Source: an uncultured Methanomicrobiaceae archaeon (GTDB lineage: Archaea > Halobacteriota > Methanomicrobia > Methanomicrobiales > Methanoculleaceae). From it: a stretch of 64,000 nucleotides of DNA. Both the position numbers and the translations under genes were made by a program. Where the stretch lies: positions 128,001 to 192,000 of the forward strand of contig CAWGXH010000005.1 in assembly GCA_963826525.1 (NCBI GenBank). Direction: 5' to 3'. Below the pieces are notes generated by a model, which saw only the letters and a list, made by a program, of their open reading frames with translations, ran no database searches and was not told the origin of the DNA. Below, piece after piece: positions 54,377 through 64,000 of the stretch. Numbering within the stretch: the first letter of the stretch is position 1; each line of letters begins with the position of its first letter.

Positions 54377-54477
54377 GGGAGATGGAGGAGTCCCCAAGCC
54401 GCGATATGATAGATACTCCCTCAGCAGCGGTCGATCCGATGAACCCGTGAAAGGCGAAAAAAAGGTGCCTGAAAGGA

Positions 54478-55005
54478 TCAGGCGATCTCGACCAGCGTGA
54501 TCGCAAACGTCAGATCCTTTCCCGCCAGCGGGTGGTTGACATCGACGGTGACTGCCGAGTCGGTAACGTTGATCACCGGGACGGTCATCGTCTGGCCGTA
54601 GGGTGTGCTGATCGTTATCTCCTGGCCGACTTCGGGGACTGAAGTGTTCCCGAACTGCTCGCGATCGAGGTCGACGAGCAGATCCTCGCGGTATGCGCCG
54701 TACGCCTGGTCTGCCGGGATAGTGACGGTCTTTGATTCCCCGACGCGCATGCCGAGAACCGCCCGGTCAAAGCCGGAGATCATCTCCCCGGCACCGACGG
54801 TGAACTGCGAAGGCCCTCGTCCCTCAGAGGTGTCAAAGACCGTGCCGTCTGCAAGGGTGCCGGTATACTCCACCTTCACGACATCGCCGTTCTTTGGCGG
54901 TCGCCGCCCCGTGCTCCCCGTGCAGCCGCTCACCATTGCGAGCAAAACCATACAGCAGACCAGAAATGCTGCCGTTATCGGATTCTTCCATTCCATTCTA
55001 AACAC
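54478..55005 (-). CDS. FKBP-type PPIase with a signal peptide / lipobox
   Basis: Hydrophobic leader ending in VSGC; YTGTL.DG.VFDTS, GFD, AYG and DVNHPLAGKDLTF. Confidence 0.9.
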   Translation of the reverse strand: MFRMEWKNPITAAFLVCCMVLLAMVSGCTGSTGRRPPKNGDVVKVEYTGTLADGTVFDTSEGRGPSQFTVGAGEMISGFDRAVLGMRVGESKTVTIPADQAYGAYREDLLVDLDREQFGNTSVPEVGQEITISTPYGQTMTVPVINVTDSAVTVDVNHPLAGKDLTFAITLVEIA

Positions 55006-55017
55006 TTCCTTCTATCA

Positions 55018-58000
55018 CTAATAACCGTTAATCTCGACGGCACGACTGAAACAGTCCGCCGCCTCGCGATACTTGCCGAGACGATCGAGCACCCTGCCTT
55101 TGCGGTACAGCGCCTGTGCATGGTTCGGATTTGCTGTAAGCACCCGGTCGAGACAGCCGAGTGCGGCATCGTTCTCGCCGAGGTGCGCAAGGGCGATCGC
55201 TTTGTTGAAGAGAATGTTGAGATCGTCGCTGGAGAGAGCGGCCGCACGGTCGTAAGCCGCCACCGCATCGGCATACCTCCCGAACGTATCGAGGAGCATC
55301 CCTTTTGCATTCCAGATGACGGCGTTCTCCGGATCGACCTGGAGCGCGGTCTCATAACTCCTCAGGGCATCGTCGAACCTGCCGATCTTCTCACAAACCG
55401 TCCCCCGTATGAAGAGAGCCGCTGCACTCTCGGGCTGGAGCACGACAATCTTGTCGACCGGCTTGATCGCATCGGCGTACTGGCCGAGGCGGATGAGTGC
55501 CGTGCTCTTAGCGTAGAGCATATCGATATTCGTCGGCTCCTGCTCGAGGATTGTCGTATACTCGGTCAGCGCCTCTCTGTATTTCCCCGCCTTCTCGAGG
55601 GCATCGGCGAGGCCGCGTCGCGAGGCCAGATCCCCGGGGTCGGCGGCGAGCACCTTCCCGTAACACTGCTCCGAGTCGCCGTACCTGCCGAGCCAGGAGT
55701 AGATCTCTCCCCGCTGCTGCCATGCCGCCCGATCCTCGGCGTTGATCTCAAGAATGCTGTCCGAACACTCTAAGGCATCCTCGTAGCGCCCCATATGAAC
55801 GAGTGCGTTCGCCAGCATATGCCATGCCTCGTTATTCGTGTCGTCTTCCTGGAGCACCTGTGCGTAACATTTGATGGCGTCGTTATACTTCCCGGTCTTC
55901 TCGAGCGCCATGCCGTACGCCATTCGGGCACGCAGGTCGTCCGGTGTTGCGGCAAGGTAGCGTTCGAATCCGGCCGCCGCCTCTTCGTGCTTTCCGAGCT
56001 GCTCGAGCGAACCTGCTCGTATCTTCAACGCTGCCGCGTTCGCCGGGTCGGCCGCGAGCACCCAATCGCAGCACTCGATGGTGCGCTGGTCCATGCCGAG
56101 CCGGTGGAGCGCCGTCGCGAGGGCGAAGGTGGCACCGACGTCGCCCGGATTCTCCCGCACGATTCGCTCGAACGACGCTGCCGCTTCTGCGTAACTGCCG
56201 AGGTGCAGCAGCGCGAATCCCCGGTGGAGCCAGGCGAAGAGGTTTTCGGGTTCAACTTTTGTAACTTCCGTAAAGCAGTTCGATGCCTCCGTGAATCGCC
56301 CGAGGGCCGCAAGCACCATCCCCAGGTTCAGCAGGAACCCCGAGTCCGACGGAGATTCTGCGGAGAGGCGCCTGTAGCAGTCGCACGCCTCGAGAAGCCG
56401 CCCCTGCTCCTCACAGATTCTGGCCTTCCGGAGGAGTGTCCCGTCATCGTCGGCATCTACCGCCAGCACCCAATCGATGCATGTGAGGGCATCGTCGTAC
56501 CTGCCGAGCCTCTCGAGCGCCGTTCCCATCTCAAGGAGACTTCCGAGATCGTCGGGACTCTTCTCCAGAACCTGCTCGAAGCAGAGGAGTGCGTCTGCAT
56601 ACCGCCCGAGTTGAAGGAGAGCTTTCCCTTTGCTCTTCAGCACCGCACCGTCGCCCGGATTGATGCGGAGGAGCAGATCGAAGGTCTCGGCGGCTTCGCC
56701 GTACCTGGAGCGATGCATCAGTGCCGTTCCACGCTCCTGGAGTGCAATCACGCTCTCGCCGTCCTCTTTCAGGACGTGATCGAGGCACTCGAGCGCATCC
56801 TCGTATCTGCCGAGGTTCATGAGGGCATCCGCCCGCATCGCTCTCGCGACGGCGTTATGTGGCTCGTGTGTAAGGGCGGCCCTGAAACACTCATCCGCCG
56901 CCTCGTACCGTCCGAGATGGAGAAGCGCGATGCCGCTGTTCACCAGGACGCGAACGTTCTCCGGTTCGATCTCGAGCAGGCGGACGAAATTCTCCTGGGC
57001 TTCCTCGTAGCGGCCGAGATGCAGGAGTGCCACGCCGCGATGGTACAGCATAACCCTGTCCCGTGCGTCGTAGGTTGCGGGTTTCTTCTGCGCCGCGGCG
57101 GATTCATCCCGCTCAAAGAGGCTCAGATCACTGCCGGTGCCGACCCATTTCACGCTTCCGTCTCTCCTCTTCTCCATCACCCGGTCGAACGACCGTACCG
57201 CTTCGGCGTAATGGCCGAGCCTGAAGAGCGAGATGCCGCGATTGTACCAGACATGGAACCTGGTCTGATCGTGTTTCAGGACCTGGTCGAATGCCTTGAC
57301 GGCGCGGTCGTACTGGCCGAGGGTATCATAGGCGAGCCCCATCGTATAGCGGACAAGAACCTGATCGGGGTCGTGCAGGGCGACCTTATCGAAGCAGGCG
57401 GCCGCCTCACGGTAATCGCCGTCTCTGGTGAGGTTGACACCCTGCTGGTACCAGGCGGGCACGTCTTCGGGGCGCAGTGAAGTGATAGCCCCATAACAGT
57501 CTGCAGCCTCACGGAACCGACCTGCACCTTCGTATGCACGGGCCTTCAGGTACAGGGCATCCGTATCTTCAGGTTTCTTCTCGAGCACGCGATCGAGACA
57601 GGCAATAGCGCCGTTATGATCGCCCGACCGTTCGAGCGCGGCACCTCGTCTTGCGAGCGCATCGATATCACCCGGGTCCGCTTTCACGAGCCGGTCGTAC
57701 TCTTCTGCCGCCGGAGCAAACTCCCCGTTCCGCTCGAGCAGCAGGGCAAGGCGGCGCCGTGCGGTAGTGTTCTCCGGGTGGCTGTCGAGCACTCTTTCAA
57801 AAGCCTCCTTCGCCTCCCGGTATCGGGCAAGCCGTTCGAGCATCTCCCCCCGCTCGTACCACGCCGCGGTGTCGGAGGGTTCGCGCTCGACGACGCTGCC
57901 AAAACAGTCCGCGGCCTCCTGATAGGCGCCGAGCCTGGCAAGGACGTGACCAAGCGTTCGCAGCGCCCCGAGATCCTCCGGGTTCTTCTCGACGGCTCTC

Positions 58001-58215
58001 CGGAGGCATACAGCCGCTTCCTCATACCTCCCGAGGCAGAAGAGTGCCGTTCCGAGCGAGTACCAGATGGGTGCGTTTTCAGAATCGATTTTGAGGGCTT
58101 TTTCAAAACTTTTGGCGGCTTCGAGATAGTTGCCTGCTTCTATCTGGGAATTTCCTTTATTAATCCATGGATTTGGATTCTTTCCCTGCCCCAGAATATT
58201 ACCGAATATATCCAT
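55018..58215 (-). CDS. Large TPR-repeat protein (1065 aa)
   Basis: Continuous 34-aa W..G..L..LG.Y.EA..FD.L..P repeats with no other recognisable domain. Confidence 0.92.
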   Translation of the reverse strand: MDIFGNILGQGKNPNPWINKGNSQIEAGNYLEAAKSFEKALKIDSENAPIWYSLGTALFCLGRYEEAAVCLRRAVEKNPEDLGALRTLGHVLARLGAYQEAADCFGSVVEREPSDTAAWYERGEMLERLARYREAKEAFERVLDSHPENTTARRRLALLLERNGEFAPAAEEYDRLVKADPGDIDALARRGAALERSGDHNGAIACLDRVLEKKPEDTDALYLKARAYEGAGRFREAADCYGAITSLRPEDVPAWYQQGVNLTRDGDYREAAACFDKVALHDPDQVLVRYTMGLAYDTLGQYDRAVKAFDQVLKHDQTRFHVWYNRGISLFRLGHYAEAVRSFDRVMEKRRDGSVKWVGTGSDLSLFERDESAAAQKKPATYDARDRVMLYHRGVALLHLGRYEEAQENFVRLLEIEPENVRVLVNSGIALLHLGRYEAADECFRAALTHEPHNAVARAMRADALMNLGRYEDALECLDHVLKEDGESVIALQERGTALMHRSRYGEAAETFDLLLRINPGDGAVLKSKGKALLQLGRYADALLCFEQVLEKSPDDLGSLLEMGTALERLGRYDDALTCIDWVLAVDADDDGTLLRKARICEEQGRLLEACDCYRRLSAESPSDSGFLLNLGMVLAALGRFTEASNCFTEVTKVEPENLFAWLHRGFALLHLGSYAEAAASFERIVRENPGDVGATFALATALHRLGMDQRTIECCDWVLAADPANAAALKIRAGSLEQLGKHEEAAAGFERYLAATPDDLRARMAYGMALEKTGKYNDAIKCYAQVLQEDDTNNEAWHMLANALVHMGRYEDALECSDSILEINAEDRAAWQQRGEIYSWLGRYGDSEQCYGKVLAADPGDLASRRGLADALEKAGKYREALTEYTTILEQEPTNIDMLYAKSTALIRLGQYADAIKPVDKIVVLQPESAAALFIRGTVCEKIGRFDDALRSYETALQVDPENAVIWNAKGMLLDTFGRYADAVAAYDRAAALSSDDLNILFNKAIALAHLGENDAALGCLDRVLTANPNHAQALYRKGRVLDRLGKYREAADCFSRAVEINGY

Positions 58216-58265
58216 ATGACACGCATACCCCTGAGCGATTGCTCGTACATGGGTACACCTGCTCC

Positions 58266-59483
58266 TTAATGAGTTCTCTCACTTTGTCTGACAGCGGGAT
58301 TCGCTACCCAACCTCATTTCCGCCGGGTGGCCTTTCGCCCGCGAAATCCTGGAGTGCCGTCGGAAGGGTCACGCGAATGGCAGCGCCGCCCGAGGGTCTA
58401 CCGGGCACCGGGTCGGCTGCAAAGACCCGTCCCCATAGCGTTCGACGAGCGTCCGAACGATGAAGAGCCCGAGCCCTTACCGCTTTTACTGCTCGTCCCC
58501 TTCTGGAAACGGTTGAAAATCGTCCGTTTTTCCTCGTCGGAGATCCCGGTGCCCATCTTACTTCCACCGATACCGTCACCTCTCCGTCCCCTCCTCGACC
58601 GAGATGGTTATCTCGACATCGGCGCCGCCGAACTTCGCGGCATTGCCGATCAGGTTGGTGAAGATCGCTCCGGCAGAATCGTCTGCAAGGATCACGGCAT
58701 CCGTTCCTCCGTAGCGGATACGGGCATCCTTATAGTTATGAATCTCACGGCGAATTACCTGATCGAGGTCAACTTCTTCCTGAGAGCCAATCGCTCCTCC
58801 CTGAGGCGGGACGATCGTGCTGACGCTATGGATAGTCTTCCATACTCTGCCATGCACGCCGGAAATAGCGCGCAGGGAGAGTTCCTTCTCATCTCCGGCA
58901 AGCATCTCGCTGAGCATCTCACGGGAGTCTCCGAGTGCGGCCATGTTCGCATTATTGACATCGTGAACCATGATGTCCAGATACAGGTTGGCCGCTTGGA
59001 GGGTCTCCTGATAGTCGCTGTCGGCCTTTTTCCGCTCACGAAGTTCGAGAAGAGCCCGGTCGCATTCTCCGGAAGACTTTCACCCGGTGACGTGATCGGT
59101 GGCATCCTCGATAACAAGGCTCGCATAAACTCTGCCCGCCACCTCCGTCCAGCGCTATCACGGTCGTCTGCTGTGTCCGTACCCGTACATCCGTCCTCGT
59201 CGGCGGGATAGAAATACTGGAGATTCTGGGATGAGAATGATATGCCCGCAGAGAGGTTCTAAAGACCTGGCGTATGCGCTGGAGATAGCGGGGCTGCCCT
59301 ATATCCGGGAATCGCTTCGTGTGATTATTGTCCCCGACGATCCCGTCCGCGGATAAGCCGGTCCAGTCCTCGAGGCATCTGTTCCAGTAGCGGATCCGAA
59401 GATCCGTACTCGAGGATGCAGATGCCGACCGGCAGGTAGTCCAGGATCTTCCATTCCGGGTGTTGGTCGAAGATTGCGGACAT
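58266..59483 (-). pseudogene. PAS histidine kinase, many indels (real decay or sequence error)
   Basis: ILDYLPVGICIL PAS start; MVHDVNNAN H-box, IFTNLIGNAAKF N-box, D.G.GI and GSGLF in different frames. Confidence 0.65.
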
Positions 59484-59489
59484 GCACCT

Positions 59490-60106
59490 GCACCGTCCCG
59501 GCGTGTTTACTGTCGGGAGATCTTGCGAGAGAAGTGCGTCCATTGGATCCAACCTCTAAGATCAGGCGATATCTCGCCTTCCACATTCAGGTCCTGCACG
59601 AGGAACTGCGTGTGGGCGAGCACAAGCCATCCATCGGGGTCGGCACTATGGGTATGGATGAGGTGGACGATGGTATCTTTCATATACGCAGGGAGTGAAT
59701 AGGCGAGATGCTGGCAGAGCCCATTGCTGATCGAGCCCATCACCCCGTTGATGATGATATTGCCGATCTCTTTGAGCGTCTCGATCCTGATCGCATAGGA
59801 GTTCAGGGCAGGCCGAAACCTCGTCCATGAGCGTCATCACGAGTGCCGCCGCGCTCTTTGCCAGGAATGCCCAGAGCAGTCGTCCCCGAGAACGCGCCCT
59901 TGAAATCAGATGCACCATTGCAAGAGATTCGTCCGGGTATGCGTCCGCGACCCATAGACTCCCGCAGGCGGAGTATCCTGACTCTGGGCACCTGGAGCGC
60001 GATGTGCGACCGGGTCATATCGTTGAGCATGCTTGCGGCTCTGCCGACGCCGATATTTGATCAGTTCTCTGATTGCATCCAGAGATTCGGGGGAGTCCTG
60101 TTCCAT
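59490..60106 (-). pseudogene. CheC-like phosphatase, many indels
   Basis: DAIRELI(N)IGVGRAASML, ETLKEIGNIII and YSLP, spread across frames. Confidence 0.7.
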
Positions 60107-60496
60107 ACGGCTTCTCGCCCGTACACGACATCCCGGAGCATCGCACAGAGTTCTTCGTTTTGCAAAGCCGGTTTCTTGAGGAACTATGCGGAAAAGAGGT
60201 CCATACATTGCCGTGGTGTCGTCTCCTGGATGTCCGAAGTGCTCACGATGATCGGCACCGTAAGTCCCTCTTCCCGCGCATGAGCCAGCACCTGGGTGCC
60301 GCTGCATCTCGGGCATGAGGAGATCCAGAATGACCGCACCTACGCCTTCTCCCGACGCCAGTGCGAGCCCTGCCTTTCCATTATCGGCTTCGCGAGTCTC
60401 ATACCCCGCCTCTTTCAGAAACGAGGTGAGAATCCTTCGCTGAAACGCCGAGTCGTCGATAATCACAATGATTGTCACCGGTTCGCCCTCCCGCAT
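60103..60496 (-). pseudogene. Single-domain CheY-like response regulator, with indels
   Basis: IVIIDDSAFQR, EADNG, ILDLLMPEM, STSDIQETT and FLKKP. Confidence 0.75.
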
Positions 60497-60690
60497 ACCG
60501 GATGGAAGAGGATCTTGCCGCAGCGGCAGGCCCCTTCCTTCCTGTTAGCAGGAATTGGTCCCCGTGCGAGCCGATAAGGGTAGCGATCCGAACCTGAACC
60601 GCTCTTGCATTCCGGGATGGGCATTAAAGAGCGAAAAGAGTGAGTTTCGGGAAGAAGAGGGTCAGGGGCGGTGTCACCCGCAGCCCTCCC

Positions 60691-61077
60691 TCATACGTCA
60701 AGGATCGGTTCAAACTGGGCTTTGCCGACCGGGCCGTAGAACTCGGATATCCTCGGATCCATGCCGCAGATCGGGCAGGTGTAGTCCTCCGGAAGATCTT
60801 CGAAGGCCGTACCTGCCGGAATGCCCCGGCGGGGCTCACCTCGTTTCTGGTCGTAGATATACCCGCAGATCTTGCAGACATACTTCGTCGGCTCCCAGGG
60901 AACAAAACCCCATTTCCCGATGGGGCCTTTTCCCGTCGCCCCGCAGACCGGGCAGGTGTAATCGTCAGGCAGGTCTTCGAATGCCGTACCGGCGGCTATG
61001 CCCCGGTGCGGTTCGCCCCGGATGGGGGAGTAGATGTAGTTGCATATCCTGCACCGATACCGTTTCACATTCTCCAT
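60691..61077 (-). CDS. Tandem two-domain rubredoxin
   Basis: CRICNYIY...[17 protein letters not shown] followed by CKICGYIY...[17 protein letters not shown]. Confidence 0.92.
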   Translation of the reverse strand: MENVKRYRCRICNYIYSPIRGEPHRGIAAGTAFEDLPDDYTCPVCGATGKGPIGKWGFVPWEPTKYVCKICGYIYDQKRGEPRRGIPAGTAFEDLPEDYTCPICGMDPRISEFYGPVGKAQFEPILDV

Positions 61078-61184
61078 CGTGTCACCTTCGCGTGCGATCG
61101 CGGCATACACGCTCTCTCACCACATAACTCTTGCCCCTGCCCTGCTCCGGCGAGGCGGAAGGGGTTTTCCGGGAGGCCGGGTAA

Positions 61185-63498
61185 TCAATGAGAACCGGCG
61201 TGATCGTCCTTGGATGGGTGTGCCGATATCCAGGCGTCATCGGGAATGGCGGTACGGATACGATCCGTGTGGATAAGGATCTCGAAATGCGCACCGACCC
61301 CGGGCGTCCCGGTCTCTTCAATGGTAAAGATCGGTGATGGAGAGTATCTCGCGCGCCAAAAATAATCCATATCCTGTGTTGTTCCCGAAACCGCGCTTGA
61401 AGATCCTCTCTTTTTTATGCGCGGTTCAGTCTGGCCCGTCGTCCTCGCAGACAATCTTTCAGCCCGTTCTCGGTTATCCGGTCGTATATGCGAATCCGGG
61501 TGATCGGGCCGCTGTGTCTGGTTGCATTGTCGAGAAGGTTGTAGAATACCTTCTCGAGGAGAGGGTCGGCAAAGATCTCGATGCTGCTTACCTGTACGAA
61601 TACCGAGACCGCCCCCGTATCAAGCAAGGTCGTTGCACGGGCGACGGCGTCAGGGAGGTTCTGCCAGGCGGGGAACTGCACGCCGATATCCTGATAGTCA
61701 GTGGTGAAGGCGATCTGGCGGTGAATTTTTTTTCCGCCCCCTGCATCTTTCCTATGAAATCCAGCAGAGCGGATCGGCGTTATCCTCCCATCAGGGTGAG
61801 GAAACCCCATCAGGATGGTGAGCTGATTTGGACATCGTGCCGTGTGACGCTATTGAGGAGTTTAATTTCCTGTTGGTCTGCAAAAGTGCCTCTTCGGCTC
61901 TCTTTCTCTCGGTGATTTCGATCCCCTTCGAGACCACCGCTTCGACATCTCCTTCGCTGCGTAGATGGGTGTCACTGTTCAGGTATTCCTTGTCGCCCTC
62001 GCGGTCGGATAGGTATATTCTCCCTGCAGATGACAAGCGGTCGAGGGTACGGTATGGACTGCTCGTTGATCGGCTCCATGATCCCTTCGGCAGCCCGGAT
62101 CGCGCCAGGTCTTCCCGATCATCTCTTCCGGCTTTAAATTGCGCTCCTCAACGCCTTTCGAACAGACGTAGAGGTACTGGAGCTCTCTATCGTAGACGTA
62201 AAACTGGACGGGCGTCACATCGAAGATCGTATCGAGGAGACGCTTTCGCTTCCAATGTCGCAATTAACCGCTCTCGCTCGGCCTCCGCGTGTTTCATGTC
62301 GGTAACGTCGCGGACTGACTCCATTGCACCGGTGATCGAGCCGTTGTGATCATAGAGCGGCGTCGCCTTGATCCGGAAGATGCGGTCCCCCACTGGGGAA
62401 GCGGGAACGTCACCTCCGCTATCAAGCCCTGACTCCCTTCTCGGTGATCAACGTGTACCGCTGCAAGAATCCAGCCGCACCCGGCTGAAGGATACAATCG
62501 GCCAGTGCCGGTCGTTTCTCTCCGTAAAAGGGAACTGCGTACTCTATAGCCGTCAGTGCCGACCATCTCTCCGGCTCGCCACACCCGTCAGATCCTTCAA
62601 CTCGCCCTGTTCCAGGCGATAACCCGCGCGTCCCTGTCCATTGCAAACGTTTGCTTCCGGCAGATGGTTGATGATGTTCGAAAGATGTCTTTTCGGACTG
62701 CCTGATGTCCTTCCTCTGCCCAGTCTGTTGCTCCGTTACGTCGCGGCCGACCGACTATATTCGAGGAGCCGGTGCTGGCAATCGAAGATGGCTCGATCGC
62801 TCCACTGCTGCCAGCGGACCTCTCCGTTCTGCATGATAATGCGGTGTTCGAGGGAAGCGACGGGGTTGTCGGGGGTGAGAGTAGGTGAAGTGATCCTGAA
62901 ACTTGTGCCTGCTCTTCCTCTTGCATTACTGGCCGGCTCCGTTGCCCGATGATTCCATTGCACCGTTTCCCGAGGTACCTGCAGTAGGGCTTCGTTGACG
63001 AAGAGAACGATCCAGTCCGGGCTGAATCGGGTGATGAAGTCCGTCTGGCTTTCGACGACGGCACCAGCAGCGGCTTCCTTGCTCGCTTTGAGAGCAGCCT
63101 CCGTCCATCCGCGCTGGGCCGCCTTCTGGAGCATCTGCTCAAGTTCGGCGAAACACGCCTGAACGTCGGTGTCTTTCTGAAGATAAAAAGTCTGCTCCTG
63201 CCGTCGGCAGCTGCTCCCATTGCGACGTTCTCTCTTCCTTTGCCGGTGAGAAGAGATAAACGGGGTTTTGTTCCCTCGTGCGCGAAGTTCCTTGAGAAAA
63301 TCTGCATTCCGTTTGTTCTCCGGCATATCGTAATCGGAGACGATAACGTCGAAGCGGGTCTCCCTGACGGCCTCGAGCGCTTCGCGTGTCAAGTAGGTGC
63401 GGTTTCCGACGGAGAAACCCTCTTTCCGTTCAAGGAAGAGGCGGGGTGACCTCGAGCATGGAGGGCTCGTCATCCACCAGCAGCACTGATATCAGCAT
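61185..63498 (-). pseudogene. Hybrid receiver-multi-PAS histidine kinase, heavily frameshifted
   Basis: VLLVDDEP and FDVIVSDYDMP receiver; ESQTDFITRF, IAWNRA and ITGAMESVRDVT PAS segments; EKVFYNLLDNA and GAHFEI HATPase segments. Confidence 0.75.
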
Positions 63499-63858
63499 CG
63501 TTGCTCCCGGCCTATTTCCAAAAAAAACCATCTGTCACGCTCTGTCCATCGGGACTGTATCATCGTGCCTTATCCCTCAAAAAATCGGATATATACATCA
63601 ATCTATTCTTTATACTATCGTTATTGCGCATTAAGTAGTTATTGCTCTAGTAGGAAAGTTGTCGATTATACTGCTCTTTAAGAGTTGATTTGCCGCCTAT
63701 TTCGCGGCAAATGTGCACGTGTCGATGTGCTGGGAGAGAACACCGCACCTCCGGCCGCGGATGGCATCCTCCGGGGGCGGAGGGTGCCGCGACGGTTGAA
63801 ATGGGTATATATTAATGAGTAACCGCCCTATGAACAGCTACCTGGTGCGGATATCATC

Positions 63859-64000
63859 ATGTTTGAGAGGGTACTGGTACCGACCGATTTCTCCGAGTAC
63901 TCGGGGAGAACTATAGAGTGTCTCGGACAGATTCCGGGAGTCCGGGAGGTGATTCTGCTCCATGCACTTGATGCGGACCATGCGTCGATGCGGGCATGGA
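63859..64000 (+). CDS. Universal stress protein (partial)
   Basis: MFERVLVPTDFSEYS...EVILLH from ATG 63859; runs off the window end. Confidence 0.85.
   Translation, partial: MFERVLVPTDFSEYSGRTIECLGQIPGVREVILLHALDADHASMRAW

Noticed and set aside
55795-57480. Long antisense or alternate-frame ORFs (for example 55795..57480, 10081..11664, 13383..14960, 25414..26793)
   Set aside because: These are shadow ORFs opposite well-supported genes, expected from high-GC codon bias, and carry no recognisable motifs.

Overview
GC-rich archaeal chromosomal segment, most likely a Methanomicrobiales methanogen (Methanoculleus-like; inferred from gene content and order). From left to right: hom/ACT/DUF169, ppnK-suhB and aIF5A-speB, then an archaellum plus chemotaxis cluster (two archaellins, arlD/E-like, arlGFHIJ, an unknown acidic protein, cheF, cheYBACD and a secreted beta-propeller). 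Next is a divergent ribosome-rescue locus (EMC6-like membrane protein plus ABCE1 on one side, RqcH plus Pelota on the other, then SlyD) and a STAND-ATPase/CYTH/metallophosphoesterase trio. A bacterial-type stress and repair region follows (ChaB, two PRC-barrel proteins, uvrA-uvrC-uvrB, PspC, RecQ, peroxiredoxin). The right end holds an ABC exporter, Fic, an exported FKBP, a giant TPR protein, a CheY-CheC-PAS kinase cassette, a double rubredoxin and a hybrid kinase. Many core genes are split by single-base indels, often in homopolymers, which most likely reflects long-read consensus error. I saw no rRNA, tRNA, CRISPR array or transposase. The best leads are the ribosome quality-control locus with its EMC6-like gene, structured leader and inverted-repeat-flanked TATA box; a dispersed REP/BIME-like intergenic repeat; the STAND-CYTH-phosphoesterase module; and the extra genes inside the archaellum-chemotaxis cluster. 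All family assignments come from motif recognition by eye, not from database searches.
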